A DNA stretch of 64,000 nt from an uncultured bacterium (GCA_963819815.1 CAWFXL010000001.1:512001-576000), one strand, 5' to 3'. Positions 9,960-20,742 are shown, counted from the stretch's first letter. Translations and numbers: made by a program. The notes: generated by a model from the letters alone, not told the origin.

Positions 9960-10267
9960 AAACTAAGAGCTTTACAGCATATCTTGAGAAGCGTCTTAAT
10001 AAAAATGAGATCGCTCAGATTAAAGAACAAGCAGAACTCGAGATCAGAATACTCAAGTCGATCCAGAAGATTCTTGCCGAAACTATGGCTGAATATATGA
10101 GAGAGAATGGTGTAGGATTCAACGAACTGGTACGTCTTTTAAACTCAAGTCCCGCTCACGTTTCAAAAATACAGCGAGGGGAGGCAAATTTAACACTTTC
10201 AAGTTTGGCTCACTTATTAGCATTAATGGGGAAAGAGCCGCACGAAGTGTTTAAAGGTCTGAAGTAG
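9956..10267 (+). CDS. XRE HTH protein (HigA-like antitoxin)
   Basis: GFNELVRLLNSSPAHVSKIQRGEANLTLSSL HTH. Confidence 0.85.
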   Translation: MKTKSFTAYLEKRLNKNEIAQIKEQAELEIRILKSIQKILAETMAEYMRENGVGFNELVRLLNSSPAHVSKIQRGEANLTLSSLAHLLALMGKEPHEVFKGLK

Positions 10268-10422
10268 CCAACCACTACTATTTTCTTAGCCGACCTCGAG
10301 GGTATCATTGCATTAAAATATCATGATAACGGGCTGATGTAATCGAAAAGCCCTACCCAAAAAGAATAGGAACGTTTTGTCTAGAGGTATGTTCTTCATG
10401 AATGCATCAACACCATCGGATG

Positions 10423-11016
10423 CTAATTAGTAGTTAAACGCAACAATTGCTGATGATCGTATTTGGTTTCGGCATCCGTCTCATGTAATAGGTACTCATC
10501 ATCAACGGAAAATGGTGGTTTATTAACGACGCCGACTACAAAGTTGTCATGTGGGATGGTATAATGAGAGGTATTTGGTAGCATAATAAGACAATCGTCC
10601 TCAGACACAGAGTATTCTTCACCACCAACCACAATAGTCGCTGTTCCTTGTAACACAAAATAGATTTCAATATTCTCTTTATGATAGTGTGGTGCAGCAA
10701 ACTTTATGGTTCCCATATCGGCAATAGCATAATCTTCGTTGCTACGCCCCTCTACACTTCCTAATGGATAAACGGTTCCGCACCCTACCTGGATTGGCTG
10801 GCCCTTTTTAATTAACTCTTTCCAATCATGCTGTTTAAAAAAGACACTCCAATATTCCAATCTTTCCACGAGATCTTCATCTTTTGTGTTGAGAGCATCG
10901 GAGTTAAGAGGCCTAATGCCCACTTCCTTAACAAGTTCTGCAACACTAGCATGCAGGGATATAATGAAACTCACAGAACACATGGCTGTCACGACAAGAA
11001 AACTGATTTTTTTCAT
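10423..11016 (-). CDS. Exported cupin-domain protein
   Basis: PHYHKENIEIYFVLQG and LIMLPNTSH cupin motifs; signal peptide. Confidence 0.85.
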   Translation of the reverse strand: MKKISFLVVTAMCSVSFIISLHASVAELVKEVGIRPLNSDALNTKDEDLVERLEYWSVFFKQHDWKELIKKGQPIQVGCGTVYPLGSVEGRSNEDYAIADMGTIKFAAPHYHKENIEIYFVLQGTATIVVGGEEYSVSEDDCLIMLPNTSHYTIPHDNFVVGVVNKPPFSVDDEYLLHETDAETKYDHQQLLRLTTN

Positions 11017-11251
11017 TCAGATACTCCTAATACGTCTTACATTTGTACTTTGCATACTTTTTTATTTTAACAGATTCCTCAAGAGCGTCCATAGGCTTTA
11101 CTGGCTCAACCAGGTGAGGAAAAATGTCAATGCAGGGATTAATGCCCATTTTTGTGAAGCCCTGTTAAGCAGATTTATAGGCTTTTGCTCATTGAGACAA
11201 TGCAGTATACACTTTTAATAATAGGAGACCGAACTATAAGGATACTGAGCT

Positions 11252-11995
11252 ATGAAGAAATTATTACTTCTTCTTTTAATAAGTAGTACGGCCCCTTCTG
11301 TTGCTGCAAACTCATTCTTACGTAAAGTTGGAGCGCTAGTTACTGGTTCTGCATTAGCATACGCTGGCCATTTCGCGTGTGAATATATAAGCACGATGTG
11401 TCATGAGCTAGGTCATGCTAGTGCTTACAAACTCATGATTGGTGGCCCCACATCGACAACTGTGTTTCGGAGTTCTAGCATATTAGCTCCATGGGCTGGA
11501 AACTGTTCTATGAGCGAGATTGCGGATAAGAAGCGGCGGGCATTTATATTGGCTTCCGGTCCTTTGGCTGGGATTGTCACCACATTTGCCCAGGTCTATC
11601 TACTGAATGCCCTCGAGCGAAACTTGAGAGGATCACATTCTGCATCACTTTCTCCACTTGAGTATTTCAAAGAGATGTATCATGGCACAAAGTCTGCAAG
11701 CACTGCAATATTGGATAAGGGCGAGGTTCCTGGCTTCTTGGAAGATACCTTCGATATCGCATTCAAAATGCTTAAATTTTTCCGCTTCTCACGCATTGTC
11801 GGAGAAAGCATTTACGGATTTACACCTGTCGCAGTGCCTCAAGGCGTGGGAGATGGCCAAAAACTATGGGCTATGGCGCTCAATCGGGATGCTCATGCAA
11901 CAGTCCTTACCAATAAACTATCTACTGTCACCGGCATCATCATGCTCTCTCCAGCTCTTGCAGGTCTATCTCAGGCGCTTAGGTCGAAGGCTTAG
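11252..11995 (+). CDS. M50-like membrane zinc metalloprotease
   Basis: HELGH, ASGPLAG and P..GDG motifs; hydrophobic segments; signal peptide. Confidence 0.75.
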   Translation: MKKLLLLLLISSTAPSVAANSFLRKVGALVTGSALAYAGHFACEYISTMCHELGHASAYKLMIGGPTSTTVFRSSSILAPWAGNCSMSEIADKKRRAFILASGPLAGIVTTFAQVYLLNALERNLRGSHSASLSPLEYFKEMYHGTKSASTAILDKGEVPGFLEDTFDIAFKMLKFFRFSRIVGESIYGFTPVAVPQGVGDGQKLWAMALNRDAHATVLTNKLSTVTGIIMLSPALAGLSQALRSKA

Positions 11996-12193
11996 GAATA
12001 TCATTTCCTTTCAAACAATTTGTCGATTTTGACATTTCGCTACATCTTATGAGATTCCTACTCCATACTGTGTAACCTTGATAGAGATCATTAATCGAAT
12101 CTGTGACCCCTTTATCTTTTTTAAAAAAGTGCTTTCCTGATGTTTTGAACTGCGCAGCTGAATATCGCGGGTCAAATACACACCACAATACCC

Positions 12194-15100
12194 TCAATAT
12201 TGTTTGGTTTGATTCATGTCGAACATTTTACGACCAAGCTCAAAAAACTTTTGGGCTTCATCAAAGTTTCTTTCCTTTTCAAATATACCTGCTATACGGA
12301 ACAATGCTTTAATACTCCCTTTCACGATAGCAAGTTTATAATATTTTTTTGATTCATCGAAAAGGCCCTTCTTTTCAAACACAAATCCTAAATTGAAAAG
12401 CGCATCTTGACTACCCTTATCAATAGCCAATTTCAATAATCTTTCAGCTTGCGCATAGTCATTTTCGCTTATTGCTATGCATGCTAAATTATTTAGAGCA
12501 CTAATGTTCCCATTATCAATCGCGCGCCTATACCAGCGTTTTGCTTCTTCGTTATTGCCCTGTTTTCGAAATAAAAGCCCTAAATTATTCTGTGCAAAAC
12601 CATCTTCTTGAGCGGCAGCACGTCCATAGTATTCGATTGCATCAACAAGTTTTCCTTCCCTTTCAAGTAATAATCCTATATTAAATTGAGCGATGGCAGC
12701 ACCCTTATCGGCGGCCTGCTTTAAGAGCCTTTTCGCTTCCTCATGATTACCTTCATTTTTAGCGATGCATGCTAAATTATTTAGGGCACTAATATTTCCC
12801 TGATCGGCAGAAAGCGTTAATACTATTTTCGCTTTTTTTATATTACCCTCCTTTCGCAACTCCATTCCTACAATATTTTGAGCTAAAGCATGCCCATTTT
12901 TGGCTGCGCGTTGATAGTGTACCATTGCTTCAATGACTTTGGCCTCGCATTCCAATTTTACTCCCAAAGCAAAATCCGATTCCGCATCATTATTACCGAC
13001 AGGCAGCGTAGCTAATTGTTCTGCGCTTTTATCTGCAATCTCTTCTTGAGCATGTGCATGTAGCGGAGTGGTTGTATCAGCGTCTTTATTGTCAGCACGC
13101 TTGAAGCTCCCCCCAGCCCTCATACGATTCTCTTCAATTTGAATTCTACCAGCGATGTCTATTTGATCATTAACTTTTTCTTGAGCATCTTCCGAGAACC
13201 GTTCTGCTTCTTTAATCGTCTCTTCATTTTGAACTCTTTCAACTATTTTAGCCTGGGATTGAGCGTTTCGCCTAGCGGCTGAGTCAATACCTTTATTCAC
13301 AGTACGCACACGCAACGTACCAGTTTTTTTACCAGCATCTTCGTTTTGTGCATTACCACCTTGTGCACAAGCGTTTCGCTTAAAGGCTGCATTATAATCC
13401 AGTGCGGTATTACCTTTCTTATCTTTGAATTCCAAAGACACTCCACTTTTGACCAATAACTCCTCTAAAAAAACTAGCTTTTCAAGCTGAGAAGTTCGTC
13501 GCAACTGACCGTGGGTTTTTTTCATTTTACAAGCCAATATGATGGGTGTTTCACCGAGTGAATTTTGAATATTTGGATTTATAATAGCATTATCTCTTAA
13601 TAATGCAGCTGCTGCAGGTACGCGACAATCCCTTACTGCATTGTGTAGAGCAGTATCACCTGTCTTTGAAACTCTATTTGGATCAGCACCACTCAAAAGT
13701 AATCTGCATACAATAACACTATTTCCCATCCGCGCGGCGATATGAAGAGGCGTCTCTCCCTCACTAGTTAGATCATTAGGATTAGCTCCATTGTTAAGTA
13801 ACGCATCCACATGATTAATACGGCCTTTTAAAACAGCTAAATGCAAGAGAGTATAACGATGACGCGATGTTTGAATTTCTGAAAAGTCAGCAAACCAATC
13901 GTATAATTCAGGTAACTCTTTATCCAAAAGAGCGAGCGCAATTTGTCTGCCAACGCGCATTTGTAAAGAAATTTTGGCCCCATATTCCCGAAGAAGATTA
14001 AAGCATTGCATGAGCGGGTGAGCTTGTATGGTATCTTTATCATGGGAGCCATCAAAGAGCGAAAAAAATTCTCGCCCATTATTTCCTGAACATATGTGTT
14101 CAAGAGGAGTTACCCCATTATTATTAGGTAGTGCAGGGTGTACCTTGCTTTGTAGCATTAAGCGCACTGCATTAACGTTGCGGCGGTCAATTGCGCTATG
14201 CAGAGGTGCAAGATAATTTGTAGTACAGTCCGGGTTAGTTCCAGCATCTATGAGAGCTTTTACACAATCAGTCTGTTCATGCATAAATGAATAAAAGAGG
14301 ACTCGTTCACAGTCTAAGGCAGAAGGTCTTTCTTCGCCTTTGTTTACTAAGAAAAGGCTAACTAAATGAGGAATATTATAGCGAACTGCTCTGTCGAGTG
14401 GAGTTTCTCCTTTATTATTAGTTGTATTTATGCGTGATGTATATTTTAACAGCAGCTCAACAATATTACACCGCGGATCACTATCTTCCATAAACCCATT
14501 ATCTTTTTTAGGTATAGCATTCGCATTTTTGAAGAGATCTAATGCAACCATAAGGGGAGTATCTCCCTTTTTATTACGCTTATCAATCTGACACAAGGCG
14601 CGAGGTTGTAGAGACATTTTTTCCAGTAATAGTGCAACCATTTCTTCATCTGCTTTTTCCACCGCTAAATGGAGTGCAGTAGAGCCATCTGCATTAGTTT
14701 TCATAAAATCAATACCTGCTTCGAGTAAAGCCATAACGCTCTCGAGGTAGCCATTTGAGACAGCTATATGGAGAGCATTTTGCAATGAATCCCCTTCAAC
14801 GGCATCCAAATCACAGAGTTCAGATTCACTTGCTAGAACACTTATAAATCCTGACAAATTCTTTCGGGCCGCCATTATAAGGGGAAGCTCACCCCGAGTT
14901 GCATAATTTGCCCTAGCCCTACCAAACTTGTAGAGAATAATAAATGCCTCACGGCATTCATTCTCAATTGATAAAAGTAGTGGATTTGATGGGAAATGAA
15001 GTCCGTTTTGAAGGGCCTTAAGAATAACTCTGTTTACGTTAGCTCCATATGCTATGAGCATCGCCACAGATTGATCATAATTATTGCATGATGCAGTATG

Positions 15101-15886
15101 TAGTGGAGATACGTTGTCTCTATTTGCGGCATCAGGAGAAGCACCCGCATCAAGAAGTGCATCAACGCATAAAAAGTTGTTACCTTCAACTGCAGCATGT
15201 AAGGCAGTTCTTCTTTCAAATAAATTTCGAGCATTAAGATCGGGCTTCATGCTCACCAATAAACCTACTGTGTTGATTTTACCTCTTGAGGCTGCTCGAT
15301 GCAGAATAGTTTCTCTACCTTCTGGCGTATCAAAGAGATAATTTAGCCATCGTAAATCTTTAAATATACTAGCAAGCAATGCTGCATTATCAATCTCAAT
15401 GGCCTGATTCAGAATTACTTCATCAACATTGGCTCCTGATTCAATAAGAAGCTTTGACAGGGCAAGCTCTCTAGCATGCACACTGTACCAGAGTGCAGTT
15501 CGGTTAGAAGTATCTTTTTGATTAAGATATAAGGCCAGTAGATTTTTACTAAAAAAGCTAAAAAGAAATGAAGGAGGAGGTGCTTGCCGTGCAGCTTCTA
15601 ACGTAAGCCGCTTTGCACATTCAAAATGACCATGTGAAGTGGCGCATAGAAGAGCTGTTGTTCTCTGCTCATCTGAAGCAAATGGACTTACGTTTCGCTG
15701 TAACATGGTATCAAGGTCAACTAAATTACCCTGTTCTGCAGCTTCAAAAAGCCTTCTATTCATGGATTCAGCAACGGCTAAAGCAGCACCGTGAGCTTCC
15801 CTAAAAGATGCTAGGCAATACAGACCGTAGAAAAGACTTCGTGTTAAGAACTTAAGCGAAGAGAAGACCGGCATAGTACCTCGCAC
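12194..15886 (-). CDS. Large ankyrin-repeat / SEL1-repeat protein
   Basis: Many TPLH/TALH ankyrin repeats; C-terminal AQFNIG/ALNNLA..A..G SEL1 repeats. Confidence 0.9.
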   Translation of the reverse strand: MRGTMPVFSSLKFLTRSLFYGLYCLASFREAHGAALAVAESMNRRLFEAAEQGNLVDLDTMLQRNVSPFASDEQRTTALLCATSHGHFECAKRLTLEAARQAPPPSFLFSFFSKNLLALYLNQKDTSNRTALWYSVHARELALSKLLIESGANVDEVILNQAIEIDNAALLASIFKDLRWLNYLFDTPEGRETILHRAASRGKINTVGLLVSMKPDLNARNLFERRTALHAAVEGNNFLCVDALLDAGASPDAANRDNVSPLHTASCNNYDQSVAMLIAYGANVNRVILKALQNGLHFPSNPLLLSIENECREAFIILYKFGRARANYATRGELPLIMAARKNLSGFISVLASESELCDLDAVEGDSLQNALHIAVSNGYLESVMALLEAGIDFMKTNADGSTALHLAVEKADEEMVALLLEKMSLQPRALCQIDKRNKKGDTPLMVALDLFKNANAIPKKDNGFMEDSDPRCNIVELLLKYTSRINTTNNKGETPLDRAVRYNIPHLVSLFLVNKGEERPSALDCERVLFYSFMHEQTDCVKALIDAGTNPDCTTNYLAPLHSAIDRRNVNAVRLMLQSKVHPALPNNNGVTPLEHICSGNNGREFFSLFDGSHDKDTIQAHPLMQCFNLLREYGAKISLQMRVGRQIALALLDKELPELYDWFADFSEIQTSRHRYTLLHLAVLKGRINHVDALLNNGANPNDLTSEGETPLHIAARMGNSVIVCRLLLSGADPNRVSKTGDTALHNAVRDCRVPAAAALLRDNAIINPNIQNSLGETPIILACKMKKTHGQLRRTSQLEKLVFLEELLVKSGVSLEFKDKKGNTALDYNAAFKRNACAQGGNAQNEDAGKKTGTLRVRTVNKGIDSAARRNAQSQAKIVERVQNEETIKEAERFSEDAQEKVNDQIDIAGRIQIEENRMRAGGSFKRADNKDADTTTPLHAHAQEEIADKSAEQLATLPVGNNDAESDFALGVKLECEAKVIEAMVHYQRAAKNGHALAQNIVGMELRKEGNIKKAKIVLTLSADQGNISALNNLACIAKNEGNHEEAKRLLKQAADKGAAIAQFNIGLLLEREGKLVDAIEYYGRAAAQEDGFAQNNLGLLFRKQGNNEEAKRWYRRAIDNGNISALNNLACIAISENDYAQAERLLKLAIDKGSQDALFNLGFVFEKKGLFDESKKYYKLAIVKGSIKALFRIAGIFEKERNFDEAQKFFELGRKMFDMNQTKQY

Positions 15887-16102
15887 ATATCAAGCCTTAG
15901 AATAAAGTCCTTTCGGTATCTTATACAAAAGAAAATAGAATATAGCAATACCCTATAGTGTTAATGCTTTAAAGAATAATATGCACCAAGCAAGGATTGC
16001 CATAGCCAGAAAACAAGTACCGAAGACATTTCCTTTTTTTGTAAAACATATAATATTTAAACGCTTGTTATGAATGCCCTCACTATCTTACTAGGAGTAT
16101 GA

Positions 16103-16489
16103 ATGATTACTGGTATAACACACCTAACCCTATTTGTACGCGATCAAGATGAAGCTCTGAAATTCTATACAGAGAAACTTGGATTTACGGTGCATACGGA
16201 TGCGGATATGGGTGGCATGCGTTGGCTTACGCTAAACCCAAAAGGCCAAAAAGATTTTGAATTGGTACTCTTTCTCGCTGAAGGAACCGACACGTCACTT
16301 ATCGGAAAGCAAGGGGGTACTGGCATATTAATATGTCTCTCCTCAGATAATCTCGATAAAGATTATAAAGACTTGAAAGCCAAAGGGATTGAGTTTACCG
16401 ATGAACCTGAAGAACATCCTTGGGGAAAAAGCGTGACTATGAAAGATCTCTATGGAAACTTGTTATACCTTGTACAGCCAGCGCAGTAA
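16103..16489 (+). CDS. VOC (glyoxalase/bleomycin resistance) family protein
   Basis: ITHLTLFVRDQDEALKFYTEKLGF; HPWG..KDLYGN. Confidence 0.92.
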   Translation: MITGITHLTLFVRDQDEALKFYTEKLGFTVHTDADMGGMRWLTLNPKGQKDFELVLFLAEGTDTSLIGKQGGTGILICLSSDNLDKDYKDLKAKGIEFTDEPEEHPWGKSVTMKDLYGNLLYLVQPAQ

Positions 16490-16618
16490 GCTCCATATCT
16501 TTACGATATCCCTGCCGGAAAGAACAACGGTTTACGACCATCGCCTAAATTAAAGAAGAGGTTTAATAAAGCTTCTGAAATCTCAGATCCTAGTCGTGTC
16601 TGCAGTTTCTTTTATTGA

Positions 16619-16650
16619 AAGAAGCCCAAGAAATTACTCTTGGGCTTCTT
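16619..16650. terminator. Bidirectional intrinsic terminator
   Basis: aagaagcccaaga-N6-tcttgggcttctt between convergent genes. Confidence 0.8.
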
Positions 16651-16676
16651 AACTGCGATAAGTTTAATTGATGCTT

Positions 16677-17198
16677 TTACTGATTTTTATGCTGAAGCTC
16701 TACTTCTTTCGCTTTTTTCTTTGTCGAATCGGCGACGTCAGCAATCTTTTCAGCAGCCGTGGCAACGGTATCATGATAGCGGTCTTTTACCTTTTCCTTA
16801 ACCGCTTGCGCCGTGTCTCCTACTTTTTCCGCAGCAGACTTTGTCTTTTCTGATACGTCCTTATAAACTTGCTTAGCCATTTCCTTTGTAGTAACAGCTG
16901 CATCGGCAGCCTTATTGGCCGTTGCGTCATAGGCTTGTTTTACCTTTTCAGACGCATTATTATATACCTCGTTGGCCTTTACTTTGCTTGCGGAAGCAGC
17001 GTTACTCACCGATTCAGCACCGGCGTTATAAGATTCTCGAGCTTTTTCGGAAGCCTTTGTAAAGAGTTCTTTTGAATCTTTGGAGTCGTTCATGGTACAC
17101 CTTCCAGTTCGTCCTGGTATTTCACTAACAATAATTGATGAAGGTAAAACTAATAGTGCACAGAAAAGACATTTAGTTACAGTTGTGCTTTTTAACAT
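16677..17198 (-). CDS. LEA-like helical repeat protein
   Basis: Ala/Lys/Glu-rich ~11-aa repeats (ASEKARESY, ASEKVKQAY, VSEKTKSAA); N-terminal hydrophobic segment. Confidence 0.7.
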   Translation of the reverse strand: MLKSTTVTKCLFCALLVLPSSIIVSEIPGRTGRCTMNDSKDSKELFTKASEKARESYNAGAESVSNAASASKVKANEVYNNASEKVKQAYDATANKAADAAVTTKEMAKQVYKDVSEKTKSAAEKVGDTAQAVKEKVKDRYHDTVATAAEKIADVADSTKKKAKEVELQHKNQ

Positions 17199-17672
17199 TT
17201 TATTCTCCTTACTAGGGTTAAAATATTAGACCTTGCAATAACTGGATTTTCCTTTCTGGTAAAAAGATTCGGCTTATACTAGATACTTGCAGTATACTCT
17301 TTTAAAAAAAATTGCAAACACCCAACCATCGGAGACCTAGGATACAGCAAGACATTTATCTTCATTGTCACACAAAAGATAAACGCCAAGGTAGGTTGTG
17401 CAGGACGCAAATAAGCTCTGATAATCCATTCTCGTACTTAGCCTTGAGCTTAGATACGTCTCTTGCAACGGTATTTTCTGATCTTTTAGCCATCAAAGTA
17501 GCATCGGCTTCATCGACCTAAGCAAGTTAACGAATTTTCTTATGAAGGGCTCTCATCATCAAGTCTCCTCTTTTATAAAGTTCTTGATATTAGAAACTTT
17601 CAAAGAAGCTGATTCAGCGCAATTGTCATAATCAATAATTGTTGTGGCAAATGTGATATTTTATCACCCGCT

Positions 17673-19247
17673 TTACCAATGCTTTTTGAGTTTGCCATTA
17701 CTTACGATCCATTGTTTTAGCGCTTCCGTTAGGTAGCCATGTCGTACACACCAATTAAGGCTACGATTACCCCCCCAATGCGTTAAATAATGGCGGATTG
17801 TGGAATGCACGGCATCATATTGAGCACGCATATCTTCATATGTAGGAGCTGCCTTCACTACTGCATGAACCGTGCCTGTGACTGCGGCAGGAGGAACTGT
17901 CTTCGCTGCTTCTTGAATAACAGCTGTAACTGCTGCAGGAAAAGCTGCCTTTACGATTCCTTCAACATAAGACTCACTCGGTATAGAGGAAATGTACGAT
18001 GAAGCATTTTCCACATTAAGAGCACGTGTGGCAAATAATAGCAAACCACCTGTCGTTACTCCAGCTGCTCCAATCCAAAATATTGATCTCCATGACCAGC
18101 CTGAATTTAATGCTCTGACCATCTCTTCTGCATTCTTTCTACGTACAAGATCCGTATCAGCGAGTAATTCATCAAGATATTGCCCTACCGTTAGGCCTGG
18201 CTTGAGAAGCATGTCAGCATCGTAGGTACTTCCCCCCTGTCTTTTAAACATATCGGGATCCTCTAAACCCTCAATAAACTTTTGCTTCCAAGCAAGAGCT
18301 GCATCACGATAGCTTTTGATAGCATCTAACTCTAAAATACGCTCACCCAGATACCCCATACCTTCACATTTTTGTGCTAGAGATGTACCGGGCTTATAGT
18401 GAATTCGATCGACGTTTAACCTATGAGTGTTAACAAATTTATGAAGATCTGATAACCCAGAAACGATTGGCATATTCAAAATCTCTCCCATTTGAAATGC
18501 TGGTGTGCAAGCGGTGACACCGTTAATAAGTTCTAGTAGCCTTCGCTTTTCAGACGGATTTGAGCGATACGGTTGAAGTTCTCGCTTTATTCCAGCAAAT
18601 TTATTTTTTTGCGTATCGATATACTCACCAATAGTTTGAGAGGGTAAAGATCCTTCTTGTGCAGTATACTCAATCGCATCAATATCAAGTGAATAGCGTT
18701 TTACGAATTCGATGAAATCATCAACTCTTGTTTTTGTCGGATTAATAGCAACCCTTACAAAGAGACAAAAACACGTTTCCTCCAAACTTTGAGGGGTGTA
18801 TATTTTTTTTATTGCTTCTTCCATTCGCAGATTGTGACGAAGTTTCTCTAGAGACGCAGGAGAAAAAAGCTCAGCGATGAGCTTCCCCGCTTCACTAGTG
18901 TTACGAGCAATACTATTTCTTGAGTAATGAGCAACAAAATCTGGATCAGCTGACGAGGTACTCAGTAAGAAAGCAACAATATCGGTAGCAAGCCGATTAG
19001 TCGAGTCAGCAAATATACTTAATACGGTTCTATCGTTGACAGTAATAGTGCAAAATTCTTGTGGCGAGATGCATGAAGCTTTCCATCTACGTAATGTACG
19101 CAAAGTTTCTCGGAATCCTCTATGTTCAAGCATGTTATTTGCAGTTCCTTCACTGAGAAACTTAGCTAAATCATTATTGATTGCCATCTCCATTGAATAA
19201 GCTAAAGGCATACCTAGACACATCAAGAGAAACAAGAATCTTTTCAT
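17673..19247 (-). CDS. Exported hypothetical protein with one transmembrane segment
   Basis: Signal MKRFLFLLMCLGMPLAYS-MEM; TM IFWIGAAGVTTGGLLLFA; short PAAVT repeats. Confidence 0.75.
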   Translation of the reverse strand: MKRFLFLLMCLGMPLAYSMEMAINNDLAKFLSEGTANNMLEHRGFRETLRTLRRWKASCISPQEFCTITVNDRTVLSIFADSTNRLATDIVAFLLSTSSADPDFVAHYSRNSIARNTSEAGKLIAELFSPASLEKLRHNLRMEEAIKKIYTPQSLEETCFCLFVRVAINPTKTRVDDFIEFVKRYSLDIDAIEYTAQEGSLPSQTIGEYIDTQKNKFAGIKRELQPYRSNPSEKRRLLELINGVTACTPAFQMGEILNMPIVSGLSDLHKFVNTHRLNVDRIHYKPGTSLAQKCEGMGYLGERILELDAIKSYRDAALAWKQKFIEGLEDPDMFKRQGGSTYDADMLLKPGLTVGQYLDELLADTDLVRRKNAEEMVRALNSGWSWRSIFWIGAAGVTTGGLLLFATRALNVENASSYISSIPSESYVEGIVKAAFPAAVTAVIQEAAKTVPPAAVTGTVHAVVKAAPTYEDMRAQYDAVHSTIRHYLTHWGGNRSLNWCVRHGYLTEALKQWIVSNGKLKKHW

Positions 19248-19339
19248 AGTAGCAATATCCTAATATAGGGGTTTATATTTACCAACGTTATACAGTAATA
19301 CTGTACCGTACATTTAATCAAGATTCAATTTCGAATGTA

Positions 19340-19525
19340 GCTCTTAAGACAAAGAAGATTCTGGAAGTAGATTACCTCGCCAAGAAAAATCTTCAGATGT
19401 CACTCATTCAAGTGGCATGGCACATCCAACAATTAGACACGCACATACGTGAATTGAAGGCGATTTTCGCAGCACTAGAAGAACTAGTGTTGAACAACGC
19501 TATCCATTTTTGCAGAGCAATCAAC
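19340..19525 (+). pseudogene. C-terminal relic of an AAA+/DUF4143 ATP-binding protein
   Basis: KTKKILEVDYLAKKNLQMSLIQVAWHIQQLDTHIRELKAIFAALEEL resembles the EVDF..LIQV..T..RE tail of this family; no upstream gene. Confidence 0.55.
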
Positions 19526-19583
19526 TTAATTTTCCAGACTAAAAGGCCCTACAACTCGACGAAGAGACGATGAGTTAGTCTCC

Positions 19584-20582
19584 TCACCATCCCTCTTCGT
19601 CACTATGCTTAGATGCGGTGCGTCGTCTTTTCGACTGATTTGATGATGTCGATGCTTCACCGTTTGAGGTGCTAGGATTGAGTAGTTCTTTGATAACTTC
19701 ACGGTACTCAGAACCAAGCTTCTTATTAAGTGCAGCATCTCGTAATAACAGGCAAAGTTCTCGCACCTGAATTATTCTATTGGTGAGTACTGTCTGAACA
19801 TTCTTGCTTGATGATCTCTCTAAATAATTTTGCATTGCGCGAGTGCTTTCAAGTTCATGTAATCGAGCATCTAAAAATGCTATCCATGAACCTGCAATAA
19901 AGTCCTCGTTTACATAGTCACTTGGACGCTCAATCTTAGTTTTGCTATCATCAAAGTCTATAACTCTTCCCCATTGCTGACCAAGAACAGCAGCTTCTAT
20001 CTCATAGAGGAGATCTACGACAAAAACAACTTCCTTGCCACAACAAATATTAGTATCCTTCAAGCGAAAAGCTCGATATACACTTGGTTGCTTCGCAATG
20101 ATACCCTTGATTTGACCGAGTTGTTGGATTATAGCACTTAATCTACCAGTAAAATCATCAAGCTCCTGTTTTTGCTTTTCCTCTCGCGCAATACACGAGG
20201 CAATATAGAGTGCGAGTCTTGTTCTTGATCCATCTGCAATGGATGAAGATAAGGAGGATAGAAGATTGGAGATATCTGACTTGAGTGCTTCTTGAGGATC
20301 AATTACCAGCTGAGGTCGATTTGCAACTGCACTAACAGCCGGTACTGCCGCTGTCTCTTTAACTACGACAGGCTCTTTAGCTGTGACAGGCTCTTTTACT
20401 ACAACAGCTCGTGTTCGGGTTGTCACGCTAGAAGGCACCCCAGAAGAAGTCGGGTTCGCTTCAATTCTTTCTTTAAGCTCTTCCACTAATGATCGTTTTC
20501 GAGATGCTACAACAGAAGTGGTGCTTGATGCCGCAGCATCTAGGGTGATACAAGTAACTAGGACGAAGAGCTTTTTTTGCAT
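19584..20582 (-). CDS. Exported hypothetical protein with basic NLS-like patches
   Basis: Start reassigned to MQKKLFVLV (AAGGA RBS); SRKRSL, SKRRRTASK; VVVKEP 18-nt repeats. Confidence 0.75.
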   Translation of the reverse strand: MQKKLFVLVTCITLDAAASSTTSVVASRKRSLVEELKERIEANPTSSGVPSSVTTRTRAVVVKEPVTAKEPVVVKETAAVPAVSAVANRPQLVIDPQEALKSDISNLLSSLSSSIADGSRTRLALYIASCIAREEKQKQELDDFTGRLSAIIQQLGQIKGIIAKQPSVYRAFRLKDTNICCGKEVVFVVDLLYEIEAAVLGQQWGRVIDFDDSKTKIERPSDYVNEDFIAGSWIAFLDARLHELESTRAMQNYLERSSSKNVQTVLTNRIIQVRELCLLLRDAALNKKLGSEYREVIKELLNPSTSNGEASTSSNQSKRRRTASKHSDEEGW

Positions 20583-20742
20583 AATCTTTATTCCTTTAGA
20601 TTGGCAGCTTTTTTTACAGAATGAATTGTTCGGATTCATTGTATTCATAATAAGGCAAATGTCAATTCCAAGAAAAATCCAAACTAGCAATTTACGATGA
20701 AGGAGGAACAGCATAAGGTATTTTCGATATCTATCATAGAGA

